DNA of 38,967 nt from a virus. Its lineage: Duplodnaviria > Caudoviricetes. The first letter of the stretch is position 1. Each line of letters starts with the position of its first letter. Below are positions 21,801 to 28,618 of this stretch, piece after piece. Position numbers and translations under genes: made by a program. The notes under the pieces were generated by a model. The model did not search any database, was not told the origin of the DNA, and was given only the letters and a program-made list of their open reading frames with translations. The DNA is taken from IMG/VR virus record IMGVR_UViG_3300032303_000677, positions 1-38,967 of that record; one strand, 5' to 3'.

Positions 21801-22135
21801 TCTTTGCGGGTGATTCGGGTACTGTGTCTGCCTACTACGACCTCAAGCAAGAAGTGAATGAGGTGGTTCGCACAGTCAATATGCTTGAACGTACTGGTAA
21901 TGCAGACAACTTGCGTGAATATCTCAATGAGAACGGCAAACTGTATGGCATGCGTGACTACATCACCTCTCTTGAGAGAGACATGAAACAGATTCGTGAG
22001 GCACGTAATCTAATCAATGCGTCCAAGGATTACTCGGCAGATGAGAAACGTGAGCGCCTTGACATGCTCCATGACGTTGAAGTCAAACTGACACTCAACA
22101 TCAAAGAGATTAAGAAGCAGTACGCATCAAAGTAA
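12893..22135 (+). CDS. Giant polyvalent internal virion protein (3080 aa; zincin-like, ART-like and LPD38-like domains)
   Basis: HESIH..EEAIAE zincin motif (~15467); ART-PolyVal-like FKRWFGDSK..MYHGT..IFVT..PVYVK..GFDS..QVKSATGN (~18890-19605); C-terminal FPIPFELG LPD38-like region; last gene of the core module. Confidence 0.8.
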   Translation: MAGLVPQEDLPRSLSGNVVPDSDLPSFGSSKPSVRPEDVGIGTGTVEAFKRGLESFGDIYQGYKLAGAKIAGTDEEAARQMAAIKAEQAKPVEKPALRFADLERIYKEQGLGSALKEVPKYIAESAAESAPQMAVPLAAGAAAGAVSGPFAPIVAPVVGIGAYGLQQFGSLMGRQAQEKENPQELSVGKAATAAAIQAPIGYFADRFTLGIGGLGEKGVLEVGKELAKRKAAGEITAVGVTTGIAKQAGKGATVGFIAEAPTEALEQVLERWQAGLDLASPDAYNEYKEAFFGAGGVGLVGGAASRGRTAYKGFTTPEEITNVAPPAAKKEQGQLLLPAPDEIILNEKEYDPLKNPLGNFTWQDLTKEQRDYINKDRKDNGKPRLNTYSLEDVVDAIRHTENTPEAQEGAINTLLQSKTNYDAVNNEPISVDDVLRKADLHGVDTTTRGWNDYLNRVTGSEDISALSQPQLYSAFKALDELPVNPAERIILPEGTNAVRFNETQYAKALKGLEFDFGEFGANSLSRTSVIQSLKDYSGLQRDADAEALYKQALKRGDLEENMVERKTTEGVKYPVEVSFAGKSEALPGGFDIREQAFKQGAEPEAYEIRNGAAFIKRVNTADEAQKETEKQTKINEKLAQQEQKKIDQLLKNIANRDSQLDVQRAKGFASTLGFKKLQAYLDSLNKIDQQSIDVHTNDIKNLTNPLQIVPIGEKPVVKRKQVFYKEGKPTASFEKRVEAEAYGILNLDDATLEQIVASAPTTKGTLPKRYAAMAKKELERRRSDQKGIEVRRSIYNPEVDEALEKLRQTLLPQLKKFGLEKVGLRIVNSIANGQADGTYLKSIITIALDSKDPMGVLRHESIHALKELGAFTPQEWKVLENKAKGEWVQKYIKDAGLYKAYQEAYKAENGNLNGFDEYVQEEAIAEAFKDFANNKPPAGLIGNIFYRLGEMFRAISNSFKRLGFTSADQIFQKIETGGMQIDERLLDFQPMVVRGEIDSKGQRYALLQHASQRDFDKLSESNLKAFAYGYGAYASVTPDLKKKKIANKDVTDTSKFYARPISYADKEGGKGYLYLADFPLTKDNSIFLYEPPESQPEITEKLVKAGILEQDDKYGGYRTTKAYGGEHVYNMYNMIDKMGEAYAQDMLQSGYPMTGLMKENKPSAASFYDEFGIKERIARQLADLGIDVSLTQANDDTYAIVHKPEKFNKALVGKYTLGSNGNLVTVSGRPVDTSLLTMVREAFKTFKKEEQKAGIKPEDLPSRSSGERFSFKREPDLQGAKMSITPRKIGDRIVGSPPDAKTEEDRKELVERMVKLLEHPYSMYDRSKDWYERSGATIREIARDDPALMEQVVRLTALYSQANSLGGNITAVIKSVAQIARGEKEILAGRFPETTAKVIPAILAAPTMDTSLKGVDDKLMNFYRNLHDATFETDTFQDSSTIDRWMMRLFGYPHTDDQDVGGANSVSTTQYIYAKDLVERITDAQSKKTGEDLKPRQIQAALWTYIKNQSEYQKAVEKAKDLAIKNGEVFNESSVDFTPDTLDFSDYVKRATAHITWESRPSTSIPMIEGIHTAPREEQEAFNRAVRNMLTDANGEDKIFKLLGDEQLYSSQLSIGGYENKIAPNIITKVVLQKDETGHLVQVARDYASIIGFITRQDAVPWYRPDPTASGKLASKGYKVSLNVPVTQELEEKLFKHLDEAIPGIGFTKVDDTFDFINYRGADGKPYMMSDKRYIDALQNALQTFSSDVNFNIDEFRAQSEYLDNDWKENTNGEGHLARISPERLPNIRATIDNWRNQYDELAKQFGEEFGWTRETTKPDQPTIRPSEGSGGGITLGTQQEGAITVEGVHYGAVKTDELDASKFGTGLRGAERRRLEDAYDDRIKKRIYFYIPKETGEMPARESGVGSNVYTQKFNNILGQGKEMSRLYSEAMGDANNFESAIIDAGYDGYAVPSMGMMVVLNHNVPVNYEGTVAELTESGRLKEGKVSPKMKIRAPETTAFKRWFGDSKIVNEDGTPKVMYHGTAQDITEFKPKQAGAIFVTESARFADNFTSSSENYMRKELWNSSSHDKHIEWITKAANQAKQDKYITPKDASRIISEWKQLDGTYGLIPSQIETQVLDVLNDQLPSKGNIIPVYVKAENPFDYENPTHVEQVLAKVYPNLDMKNSSAEESLQLGSWERIESKEYQDAIKSLGFDSFYVKEGDVKNLAVYSPTQVKSATGNTGEYNPENPDIRYSIKKPLNIDPAITARINATTPKRVEKGFVERLMDAISPDSMGKIRQALVNKYEGIERLSRAVAEKYGKDQLLAETSAIASALQSDRAAGVASASFTNGIPVYKNGYFTIEPDTKGLIAILEPLMSYGNPEIFQAFQFYAATRRGKRLLAEGREQLFTADDIKMGKDLEAQFPMFKQVFDEYQVYNKGLVDLMVGRGVISKKEGEIWTQNWDYIPFYRQMDGEKTAGPRVFSSLVGVAKPKELQGGKKELADFMETVVRNARAAIEASMKNEAAQRVVRDATRMELAREVPLGTTGKDVVTVKVGGVNKYYQVDDMLLVEAMKGLNLPQMEWLSWLAAPANLLRNFVTKDPGFMLANLGRDSLQAWITSGTDMRPVVDTFKQFGKTLTNSSPEAQALAMAGLTGYDFSGDVRSTAKEVEKELRKRGGAKTTTERVLSPLTSFWEMLEHGSHASDMATRAEVYKRTLERTGSEAEAFYQAMEVLNFSRKGNSDVIRIVSALVPFFNARVQGLDVLYRSGWGKFATENSDQMKKAFASRALTLMGLSMAYWFLVSDDEEYKKLSKEERDNYWIIPAVEINGKPFRFPIPFELGVVFKVLPERVLETAFGNDTGKDLKESFVRNVTNTLQINPIPQAFLPMVENVVNYSFFSGDPIVGRGMEDLAPQYQFTQGTSQMAKDFGAATGMSPMKVENFVRGYTGTMGTYAVQLLDAIYRTEGDPVKATSRLEQLPVIKRFFAGDSGTVSAYYDLKQEVNEVVRTVNMLERTGNADNLREYLNENGKLYGMRDYITSLERDMKQIREARNLINASKDYSADEKRERLDMLHDVEVKLTLNIKEIKKQYASK

Positions 22136-22357
22136 GTCTTCAGTCCAAACATAGACAGGGGTTTCATTACCCATGTACGCCCCTTCTATGTTGTACTCGA
22201 TGAACTCTCTTGCCTCCTCTGCGCTCATGCCATCACGAGTCATCAGGATAGAGCGAATCTTTTCTGCGTCATACACGATGACGGCATGCATACTGTTGTT
22301 ACGCCATATGTGAGCCTGACCCAAGATTGCATCATCTAACCCATCAGCCTTGAGCAT
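22127..22357 (-). CDS. Conserved phage hypothetical protein
   Basis: MLKADGLDDAILG..DGMS.EEA.EFIEYNIEGAYMG..TP motif common in phages; converges on the giant gene. Confidence 0.7.
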   Translation of the reverse strand: MLKADGLDDAILGQAHIWRNNSMHAVIVYDAEKIRSILMTRDGMSAEEAREFIEYNIEGAYMGNETPVYVWTEDLL

Positions 22358-22664
22358 GTCTGCCTCCTATGCGGTTCTTGCGTAACTCGTCTGCCAGTTT
22401 ACGCACTTGCTCTAACAGTTCCATCTCTGTGCCGTAGCGTTTCTCAAACTCCTTTTTCCAAGGGTGACGAGACACGGCTATATCATTCTTGATTCCCTCA
22501 CGATGATGTGACGGACAAAGAGGGATGGTATGGAAGTCATCGATGCGTTTGTTTGCATGGAGTATGTGGTGAATGTCGGGGTCGCTGCGGACCTGAAGGC
22601 TGTTTAAACATGCTATGCAACCGATTTCCTGTAGAAGTTGAAACCATTCTTGACGCTTATCCAT
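22344..22664 (-). CDS. Ref-like (recombination enhancement) HNH nuclease
   Basis: GCIAC..IHH..TIPLCPSHHR..FEKRYGTE.ELL signature; likely start MDKRQ at 22664. Confidence 0.8.
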   Translation of the reverse strand: MDKRQEWFQLLQEIGCIACLNSLQVRSDPDIHHILHANKRIDDFHTIPLCPSHHREGIKNDIAVSRHPWKKEFEKRYGTEMELLEQVRKLADELRKNRIGGRHAQG

Positions 22665-22842
22665 TGTTCTTCTCTTTAGTCGCATCCTTAGTTTGACTGT
22701 TTAACAAACGGACGAGTTCCATCGCATCGGCAAAGTCTTGCCTCAGTTGTTCGATAGCCTCGTCCTGTTCTTGGATTCGTTTAAAGGAATCCCTCGCAAA
22801 GTCAGCAAGGGATTCCTGTGACCATGTCTTAAAGTCAGTCAT
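22657..22842 (-). CDS. Hypothetical coiled-coil protein
   Basis: Overlaps both neighbours in the operon; MTDFKTWSQESLADFA start. Confidence 0.6.
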   Translation of the reverse strand: MTDFKTWSQESLADFARDSFKRIQEQDEAIEQLRQDFADAMELVRLLNSQTKDATKEKNNG

Positions 22843-23146
22843 TCTTTTTCACTTCGGGAGCAAAAATAGAAACTGCTGGAGCAGGCGTAGTTTGACCGTT
22901 TAAACCAAAAGACGTGCCCAGTGGAGCGCCTTGGGAATTGTTGATGTAGGTCACTCCGTTGGCGTTTGTAGCGGTAGCAACTGGTTGACCATACTGATTG
23001 TTGTAGAACGTGGTGTTTCCAACTGTGGTTGCCGTACCAAGAACCTGCCCTGTTCCGCTATAGAAAGTCGTTGTCTGTGCGTCAGCCATAAAGACACAAG
23101 CCAATAAAAGCCAAATTCCCACTACTAGATAAATGTGTTTACTCAT
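22835..23146 (-). CDS. Secreted/periplasmic small beta-repeat protein
   Basis: Signal peptide MSKHIYLVVGIWLLLACVFMADA|Q followed by three T(T/Y)(F/I)Y...G..(L/V)(G/A)T repeats. Confidence 0.65.
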   Translation of the reverse strand: MSKHIYLVVGIWLLLACVFMADAQTTTFYSGTGQVLGTATTVGNTTFYNNQYGQPVATATNANGVTYINNSQGAPLGTSFGLNGQTTPAPAVSIFAPEVKKND

Positions 23147-23618
23147 GTTGTTGCCCTTTCAAGGTTTTTAATTTACTTCTGTCGAGAGCGTAGTACTCAC
23201 CACGCTTTCCCATTACAAGGTTGTCATCGTTTATGAAGTCTTCCCTTGGAATCCATCCCACTATATGCGCCCCCTCATCAGCAAGTTCACACAATATGTA
23301 GTGGTCAAAGTTCTTTTTCTGGCTGGTTCTGGTTGCGTTTAAACGCCCTCCCTGTGCACGGGTTGTCTTAACGTCAATCGTTGCACCCTTCTGTGTGATG
23401 AGGTCAGCGCCCCAATCACGCAAGTCGGTGTCAAGACTGAAGTGCAAGTTAAGGTGTTTGGCAACGCAGTACTCGCCAATCACGCCATCAACAACAATGC
23501 CTAGCGGGTCGAGGTCAGATTGAATCTGCTCGGCACAAGCATCATTGGTGGTGGCGTATCGCATAGCACCGATGAATCGGCACATGCGTAGTTCAGAGGA
23601 CGAAAGTTTTACGAACAT
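23139..23618 (-). CDS. PD-(D/E)xK-fold nuclease-like protein
   Basis: GVIGEYCVAK..GADL..TIDVKT motif; likely start MFVKL at 23618. Confidence 0.55.
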   Translation of the reverse strand: MFVKLSSSELRMCRFIGAMRYATTNDACAEQIQSDLDPLGIVVDGVIGEYCVAKHLNLHFSLDTDLRDWGADLITQKGATIDVKTTRAQGGRLNATRTSQKKNFDHYILCELADEGAHIVGWIPREDFINDDNLVMGKRGEYYALDRSKLKTLKGQQHE

Positions 23619-23754
23619 CTTTTGGCTTTGATACCGCACGTTCTTCGGTTCTGAATTTGTGCATGTTGAAACAAATCCTTTGCCTCATCACGTATTCTGA
23701 ATTGATGCGTGTCTCTTTTACTTCTGTGGGTGCTTTGCACTTTGGGCATTTCAT
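23593..23754 (-). CDS. Small zinc-ribbon protein (NrdR N-terminus-like), absent from the ORF track
   Basis: Translates MKCPKCKAPTEVKETRINSEYVMRQRICFNMHKFRTEERAVSKPKDVRKTFVL (53 aa; CxxC..RxCxxxHxFxTxE); GGAG upstream. Confidence 0.75.
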   Translation of the reverse strand: MKCPKCKAPTEVKETRINSEYVMRQRICFNMHKFRTEERAVSKPKDVRKTFVL

Positions 23755-23796
23755 CTACTTCTCCGCTTTTCTTCACGTGCCTTACGCCTATCATCT

Positions 23797-24009
23797 CTAC
23801 GTGGTGGTTTGTTGCTCATGTTGCTTCTCTTTTCTTTCCCGAACTATTTCCAAATAATCTTCAATTGTTCCATCGCTCATGCATTTCCAAAAGTATTCAT
23901 AGCACTCCCTAACCTCTTCTTGATACTTGGTTACAAACTGCATATAAAAATCAACAATTTCTTCAATGTCTTTCTCCATTTGCTCAGACATACGTCTATG
24001 TTTTTTCAT
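23797..24009 (-). CDS. Hypothetical protein
   Basis: ATGA overlap with the methyltransferase stop; fits the operon. Confidence 0.55.
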   Translation of the reverse strand: MKKHRRMSEQMEKDIEEIVDFYMQFVTKYQEEVRECYEYFWKCMSDGTIEDYLEIVRERKEKQHEQQTTT

Positions 24010-24914
24010 ATCAACTCCAATGAGCGTTGTTTAAGTCTTTCCTTTTGTAACTTTTGATAATCAGGATTCAACTCGCAGCCAAGGTATAGCCTATTTAAAC
24101 GGTCAGCAACGGCAGCGGTAGTCCCTGAACCCATGAAAGGGTCGAGCACTATGTCACCAACACGGCTACCCGCCATGACACAAGGCTCAATCAAATCAGG
24201 GGGGAACGTGGCAAAGTGTGCTCCAGTAAACGGCTTGGTTGTAACAGTCCAAACAGAGCGCTTGTTTGCCCACTCATAAGACTTCTCCAATCCGCTATGA
24301 GGTTGCAGTCCTGTTCCTTCGTTGTGATACTTGCCGTCTGTCCTATCACGTGTGCCCCAATCCTCCTTCACAGGCTCTTTGATTGCGTCACAGTCATAGT
24401 AGTAACGAGGATTCTTGGTCATCAGAAAAATGTACTCGTGGTTCTTTGTACACCTATCCTTGACAGACTCGGGCATTGGATTGGGCTTATGCCAAATGAT
24501 GTCTTGGCGTAAATACCATCCAAAGTTTTGAAGTGCAAACGCTACACGCCACGGCACACCGATAAGGTCTTTGGCTTTGAGTCCATCGGGAACAATCTTG
24601 GAATGCTTCTCTTTCAGTCGATGATGCTCGCCGTTTAAACTCTTACTTGGTCCCTTCCCCGAACCAGCGTAACTGTCTCCAAGATTCAGCCAAAGAGTGC
24701 CATCATCAGAGAGTAAGTTCCATACATGGCTAAAAACGTCCACAAGATTAGCCACGTAATCCCCAACATCATCCTCCAAACCAATCTGTCCTTCGTGCCC
24801 ATAGTCCCTCAATCCAAAGTAAGGAGGCGAGGTGATGCAAGTCTGAACCTTCACCCCCTCGCTTACCCATCGTTTCATAATGTCTCGGCAGTCACCAAAT
24901 TCAATCACGTTCAT
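24006..24914 (-). CDS. DNA methyltransferase, N4-cytosine/N6-adenine beta class
   Basis: TSPPY catalytic motif IV near the N-terminus, IIWHKPNPMPES, and VLDPFMGSGTT SAM-binding motif I near the C-terminus; likely start MNVIEFGDC at 24914. Confidence 0.92.
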   Translation of the reverse strand: MNVIEFGDCRDIMKRWVSEGVKVQTCITSPPYFGLRDYGHEGQIGLEDDVGDYVANLVDVFSHVWNLLSDDGTLWLNLGDSYAGSGKGPSKSLNGEHHRLKEKHSKIVPDGLKAKDLIGVPWRVAFALQNFGWYLRQDIIWHKPNPMPESVKDRCTKNHEYIFLMTKNPRYYYDCDAIKEPVKEDWGTRDRTDGKYHNEGTGLQPHSGLEKSYEWANKRSVWTVTTKPFTGAHFATFPPDLIEPCVMAGSRVGDIVLDPFMGSGTTAAVADRLNRLYLGCELNPDYQKLQKERLKQRSLELI

Positions 24915-25041
24915 TTTTTGCTTTCTTGTGTGACCACTCACAATAAGTCTGAAAACAATAAATAAACGATATGAGCGCTACTGCTATAAATCCAACAAAA
25001 GCAAATCCAATAAACATAATTAGCAGAATGGTTTCCAACAT
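24901..25041 (-). CDS. Small single-TM membrane protein, absent from the ORF track
   Basis: MLETILLIMFIGFAFVGFIAVALISFIYCFQTYCEWSHKKAKNERD (46 aa), AGGAG RBS, fills the operon gap. Confidence 0.6.
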   Translation of the reverse strand: MLETILLIMFIGFAFVGFIAVALISFIYCFQTYCEWSHKKAKNERD

Positions 25042-25042
25042 G

Positions 25043-25243
25043 TCAATCTCCTTTACGTGCGTATTTCTTTTTCGGTTTGATTGCCATGATTCCTAACTCT
25101 TCGGGTTCGGTCATCATGGCTTTCGCCAACTCCTTTGACCTATGAGGTATCTCTTCCACAGAGTAGTCGCCATTGATGAGATAACCCATCATGGCGAACC
25201 CTGTGTAAAGCCACTCAAGGTGGATGCGGTCTTGTTCAGTCAT
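25043..25243 (-). CDS. Hypothetical protein
   Basis: Likely start MTEQDR with GAGGA RBS, overlapping the upstream stop. Confidence 0.55.
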   Translation of the reverse strand: MTEQDRIHLEWLYTGFAMMGYLINGDYSVEEIPHRSKELAKAMMTEPEELGIMAIKPKKKYARKGD

Positions 25244-25568
25244 TTGATTTTCCTCGTAGGAATTTCTCAATCTCTTCACAGACCAGTTCAGCGAATGACT
25301 TGCCCGATGGGAACATCATCTTTGCCCCATCTGTGTTGCGAACAATATTCATCGCCTCGTTTAAACCGCTATTAAAACCTTGATTGAACGGGTCTGTTTC
25401 TCCCGCCATCCTCATGCTGATTCCTTCTTTCGCAATTTGTGAACCAGTTAACTGGCTCTTCTTTGCGTACCTCCGAAACGCCTCCGCTTCTTTGGTAGGT
25501 AGGTAAATCATCACAGGCTCGACAGTTTTAAAACGGGTCGCTTTCTTCTTTCCATCGCTCATATTCAT
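25236..25568 (-). CDS. Putative ribbon-helix-helix DNA-binding protein
   Basis: PVMIYLPTKEAEAFRRYAKKSQLTGSQIAKEGI fits the beta-alpha-alpha pattern of CopG/Arc-like proteins. Confidence 0.5.
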   Translation of the reverse strand: MNMSDGKKKATRFKTVEPVMIYLPTKEAEAFRRYAKKSQLTGSQIAKEGISMRMAGETDPFNQGFNSGLNEAMNIVRNTDGAKMMFPSGKSFAELVCEEIEKFLRGKSND

Positions 25569-25956
25569 CTACCATTTCATCAAATTTACGTTGAGCATTT
25601 TTGTTGCCGTTAAGTTCGGTGCGTGAAGAGATTTCGCAAACCTCATAGATATGAGTGGTTGCTTTATCTTCGTGGCTATCGCCCTTTTCGGTAACGCCTT
25701 TGAATCCAACATGGTCAAGCCATCTGTGGAAGACGTGATTGCGACAAAGCATCCCCGCCTTCTTGACTCGATTGTTGTAGGGGGTTGCAGACTCATCGTC
25801 CTGTATACGAACCATTGCTACGCCATACCTAGCCCCAACAAAATCCCGAACCAACTCCTCGGGGATTTCGTCAGGGTGGATGCTTACAGTAAGAATGAAT
25901 CCTGTGCGGTCTTGCTTTAGCGCAACCTTTACGCATTCAAACTGTAAGGCGCTCAT
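25528..25956 (-). CDS. Conserved phage hypothetical protein
   Basis: FECVKVALKQDRTGFILTVSIHPD..RDFVGARY..AG.LC motif; ATGA overlap. Confidence 0.65.
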   Translation of the reverse strand: MSALQFECVKVALKQDRTGFILTVSIHPDEIPEELVRDFVGARYGVAMVRIQDDESATPYNNRVKKAGMLCRNHVFHRWLDHVGFKGVTEKGDSHEDKATTHIYEVCEISSRTELNGNKNAQRKFDEMVDEYERWKEESDPF

Positions 25957-26276
25957 GGTTTCAATTCCAACTGATGAGACAGATAAGAGATGACCGCTCG
26001 ATAGCCAATCGATTGGTGCTCAAGGTTATTGATGCGGTTGACCAACTCTTTGTTGTCCATCGTCAAATTAATGTTGTCTTTGATGATGGTGTCGTATGCC
26101 TTCTGCTGTTCAAGCGTAATGCGTTTAAACGACTTTGGAGCCGCTGCTTCTTTTTTGTTTTTAAAAACAAATTCTTTACCAGCAACTTTTCTAACAACTT
26201 TGTTTTTTGAACCAACTGGTCTGCCACGTTTTTTGATTGGAAACTCAGGGGTAATTTCTTTAGAAGGGGATGTCAT
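25953..26276 (-). CDS. AT-hook-containing coiled-coil protein
   Basis: KKRGRPVGSKNK AT-hook motif and a C-terminal coiled coil; likely start MTSPS at 26276. Confidence 0.6.
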   Translation of the reverse strand: MTSPSKEITPEFPIKKRGRPVGSKNKVVRKVAGKEFVFKNKKEAAAPKSFKRITLEQQKAYDTIIKDNINLTMDNKELVNRINNLEHQSIGYRAVISYLSHQLELKP

Positions 26277-26541
26277 CGTCCATGTCTCCATTGTTAGATT
26301 GAGGTTTGTTTTGTGCATCTTTAACGTAAGGCTTTTGTGCTTGGAGTGACAAGAACGTGCCTTGGTTATACTGTTTTTTCCATCCCGATAACGCAACCGT
26401 TATCTGACCATCGACAACTTCAAAGTCGCTGAGATTAATCAGGACATCACCACGATAGTCGGGTTGGTTTGGGTTCTGCTTGCTTTTAACGGCAAACAAT
26501 GCCCCGCTATTGGGGCGCTTTTCAAATTTCTTTTCCATCAC
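26260..26541 (-). CDS. Putative single-stranded DNA-binding protein
   Basis: NSGALF..K...QPDYRG..WKK..FLSL motif and acidic DDDIPF C-terminal tail; follows ERF. Confidence 0.7.
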   Translation of the reverse strand: MMEKKFEKRPNSGALFAVKSKQNPNQPDYRGDVLINLSDFEVVDGQITVALSGWKKQYNQGTFLSLQAQKPYVKDAQNKPQSNNGDMDDDIPF

Positions 26542-27254
26542 TCTTCTTCCTTGAATTTAGATTTAAGTTCAGCAAACCCTTCTTGGAGGCGTTTGTACTC
26601 AGTCTTCTCGGTGACTTTTAAATCATCAATCTGACCTTGGTTCGCTTTCCAAAGAGAGGTCAACTCGGACAAGGTGCTACATGTCGAACCAAATTCAATC
26701 AGGCTATCGACAAGCAACACTTTGTTTGGGTCAGGCTCGGTAGGGATTACCTTTGCCACGCCAGTATCAGGTTTTGATTTGGCAGTAATTTTTTCATAAG
26801 CGGGAGCGTCTTCCTCTTTGGTAAGTTCACCCATAGAACGAGTGGCTTCTTTTGGCTTGGCTTTCGCTTCGGGGGCAACACCGCCTGTTGTGGCATCGAG
26901 GGCATCATGCTCTGATACCGCCATCGCTACTGTATATAGGTAGCGTCTTTGGTAGGTCTCAACTGCACCGATGTTCTGCACCTCGTGACAACCCTTCAAT
27001 GAGGCTGAACCCATAGGCGATGTAAACGTTACTGATGAACCATCCTCGTGTGCGTAGATGGTCATGGTTGCAACTTCATCTGTAAACGAGATGACATCGA
27101 CCAACCCCACTGTGTTGAAAATTTCTTGAATCGCAGGGAGAAAATCTCCCAATTCAAAATACTTGTAACCCGCAAACTTGTTGTGACCTGACTTGGTCAA
27201 CTCTCGTGACTGCAAGGCAACACGTGCCTCTGACAGTTGTTTAAACACCTTCAT
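26538..27254 (-). CDS. erf: ERF-family single-strand annealing recombinase
   Basis: KSGHNKFAGYKYFELGDFLP and QNIGAVETYQRRY signatures. Confidence 0.88.
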   Translation of the reverse strand: MKVFKQLSEARVALQSRELTKSGHNKFAGYKYFELGDFLPAIQEIFNTVGLVDVISFTDEVATMTIYAHEDGSSVTFTSPMGSASLKGCHEVQNIGAVETYQRRYLYTVAMAVSEHDALDATTGGVAPEAKAKPKEATRSMGELTKEEDAPAYEKITAKSKPDTGVAKVIPTEPDPNKVLLVDSLIEFGSTCSTLSELTSLWKANQGQIDDLKVTEKTEYKRLQEGFAELKSKFKEEE

Positions 27255-28137
27255 CTTCTTGCTCCTTTAACGTGGATTGATACTGACTACACCATTGCGC
27301 TACGCCACAGAAGTTTCCTGTGCAACGCACCGCCTCACCTTTGCGGATTTCTATGAACCCTTTGTCTTTCTCCGTCATCGTTGCCAACAACTCTTTTGCC
27401 TCTTCCTCGGTATCGAGAACACGAACCGCAGTCTTACGCCCCTCCTTCTTGACTGCATACTTAGTTTCACGAATCCATCGCTCCTCCTCAGTACACAAAG
27501 TCAACTCTTCATCCCAATCGTCTTGCACCTTGGATGCACGATGCAAATCGACACGCTCCTTGATGAACGCCTCTGTTCTATCGAACGTCCACATGGGAAT
27601 GTCAATCACTTGAATCGGTGCTTGGGGATAGGATGGTTTGTTCATCGCATCTCTGCGTGACCAATCACGAATCAGGGCGCAAATCTTCAATGCCTTGACT
27701 GGTCTGCGCTTGACACGCTCAACCAAATACTTGTAAATGTTTTGTTGTTGTTCCCACTCAGGCTTGTCGTTCATCAACGCCCATGCTGATGTGAATTTGT
27801 AGTCGGTGATGGTGATGCCGTCCTCGTCATCCTTTTGCAAATCGATTGCACCCGACAACATGATGTCATCGATGCCAACTGACAGGCGCTCCTCGTTGGT
27901 GTGACCCGCTACCTCAGAACGTTCTGCTACCACGTGCAACGCAGTACCCAAGAGCATCCACAACATGTCTGACACGTCTTGCTCTATCTCTTCATGGTGC
28001 TTGCGTCTAAGGCGCTGAATGCGTGGCGGTGAAATGATTTCGGTTACTGAGTAGTCAGACTTTCCCTTGGAATAGAAGTCTCTCGATGCAAGAGCCACAA
28101 GTGTCTCAGGCACGTTAAACTTATTAGTGATTTTCAT
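27241..28137 (-). CDS. PD-(D/E)xK exonuclease (Cas4/RecE-like)
   Basis: GTALH, LSGAID..TDYK and QQNIY motifs plus a C-terminal RC..FC....WC cysteine cluster; paired with ERF. Confidence 0.85.
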   Translation of the reverse strand: MKITNKFNVPETLVALASRDFYSKGKSDYSVTEIISPPRIQRLRRKHHEEIEQDVSDMLWMLLGTALHVVAERSEVAGHTNEERLSVGIDDIMLSGAIDLQKDDEDGITITDYKFTSAWALMNDKPEWEQQQNIYKYLVERVKRRPVKALKICALIRDWSRRDAMNKPSYPQAPIQVIDIPMWTFDRTEAFIKERVDLHRASKVQDDWDEELTLCTEEERWIRETKYAVKKEGRKTAVRVLDTEEEAKELLATMTEKDKGFIEIRKGEAVRCTGNFCGVAQWCSQYQSTLKEQEDEGV

Positions 28138-28161
28138 TTAGCCTCCTGTTAATGAATCTCT

Positions 28162-28190
28162 ATGCTAATACAACTTGGGACACTATGCAA
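28162..28190 (-). promoter_or_regulatory. Sigma70-like promoter of the recombination operon
   Basis: TTGCAT-N17-TAGCAT on the minus strand, just upstream of the AGGAGG RBS of 28137. Confidence 0.6.
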
Positions 28191-28544
28191 GCACTATCAC
28201 TAAAAATATTTGGAGAGCCATGCTCCAAAGCAAACAGTCGTAGGATTGTGAAATTTGGAAATAAGATTGCCAGCATCAAATCGGACAAGGCACTGGGCTA
28301 TGCATCAGCGTTTAAACGTCAATGTAATGCTCCTGCTTCCCAGAAATTTTCATGCGATGTGGTGGTAACGATTCGCATATGGTACGCATCACGTAGACCT
28401 GACCTTGATGAAAGTTTGATACTGGACTTGCTACAAGACGTGGCGTATGAGAACGACAGGCAAGTCAAAGAGAAACATATCTACTGGATGGGCGTTGACA
28501 AAGAGAACCCACGTTGCGAGATAGAAGTTACGGAACGGAAATAA
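28185..28544 (+). CDS. rusA: RusA-like Holliday junction resolvase
   Basis: GEPCSKANSRR start and RRPDLD..ILDLLQ..YENDRQV catalytic aspartates; start uncertain (28152 or 28185). Confidence 0.85.
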   Translation: MQALSLKIFGEPCSKANSRRIVKFGNKIASIKSDKALGYASAFKRQCNAPASQKFSCDVVVTIRIWYASRRPDLDESLILDLLQDVAYENDRQVKEKHIYWMGVDKENPRCEIEVTERK

Positions 28545-28575
28545 AAAAAGCCACTCTGTTTTAAGGAGTGGCTTT
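28543..28575 (-). terminator. Intrinsic terminator (mainly minus strand)
   Basis: Stem AAAGCCACTC (28547-28556) / GAGTGGCTTT (28566-28575) with a T7 tail on the minus strand. Confidence 0.75.
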
Positions 28576-28618
28576 CCGACCTACTGGTCTGTTATCAGGA
28601 GGCTTAATCAAGATAAGT
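28543..28618 (-). ncRNA. Candidate antisense sRNA carrying AUUAAGCCUCCU
   Basis: Bounded by promoter TTGCAT-N18-TATCAT (28654-28625) and the terminator above; no ORF; the anti-RBS segment lies in the loop of a TTATC/GATAA stem. Confidence 0.5.

Noticed and set aside
13229-21857. Many antisense and alternate-frame ORFs inside the giant gene and other long CDS
   Set aside because: Shadow ORFs without RBS or recognisable motifs, overlapping well-supported genes.
27241-28137. Cas4-like gene as a sign of CRISPR-Cas
   Set aside because: No array or other cas genes; adjacency to ERF and SSB marks it as the recombination exonuclease.
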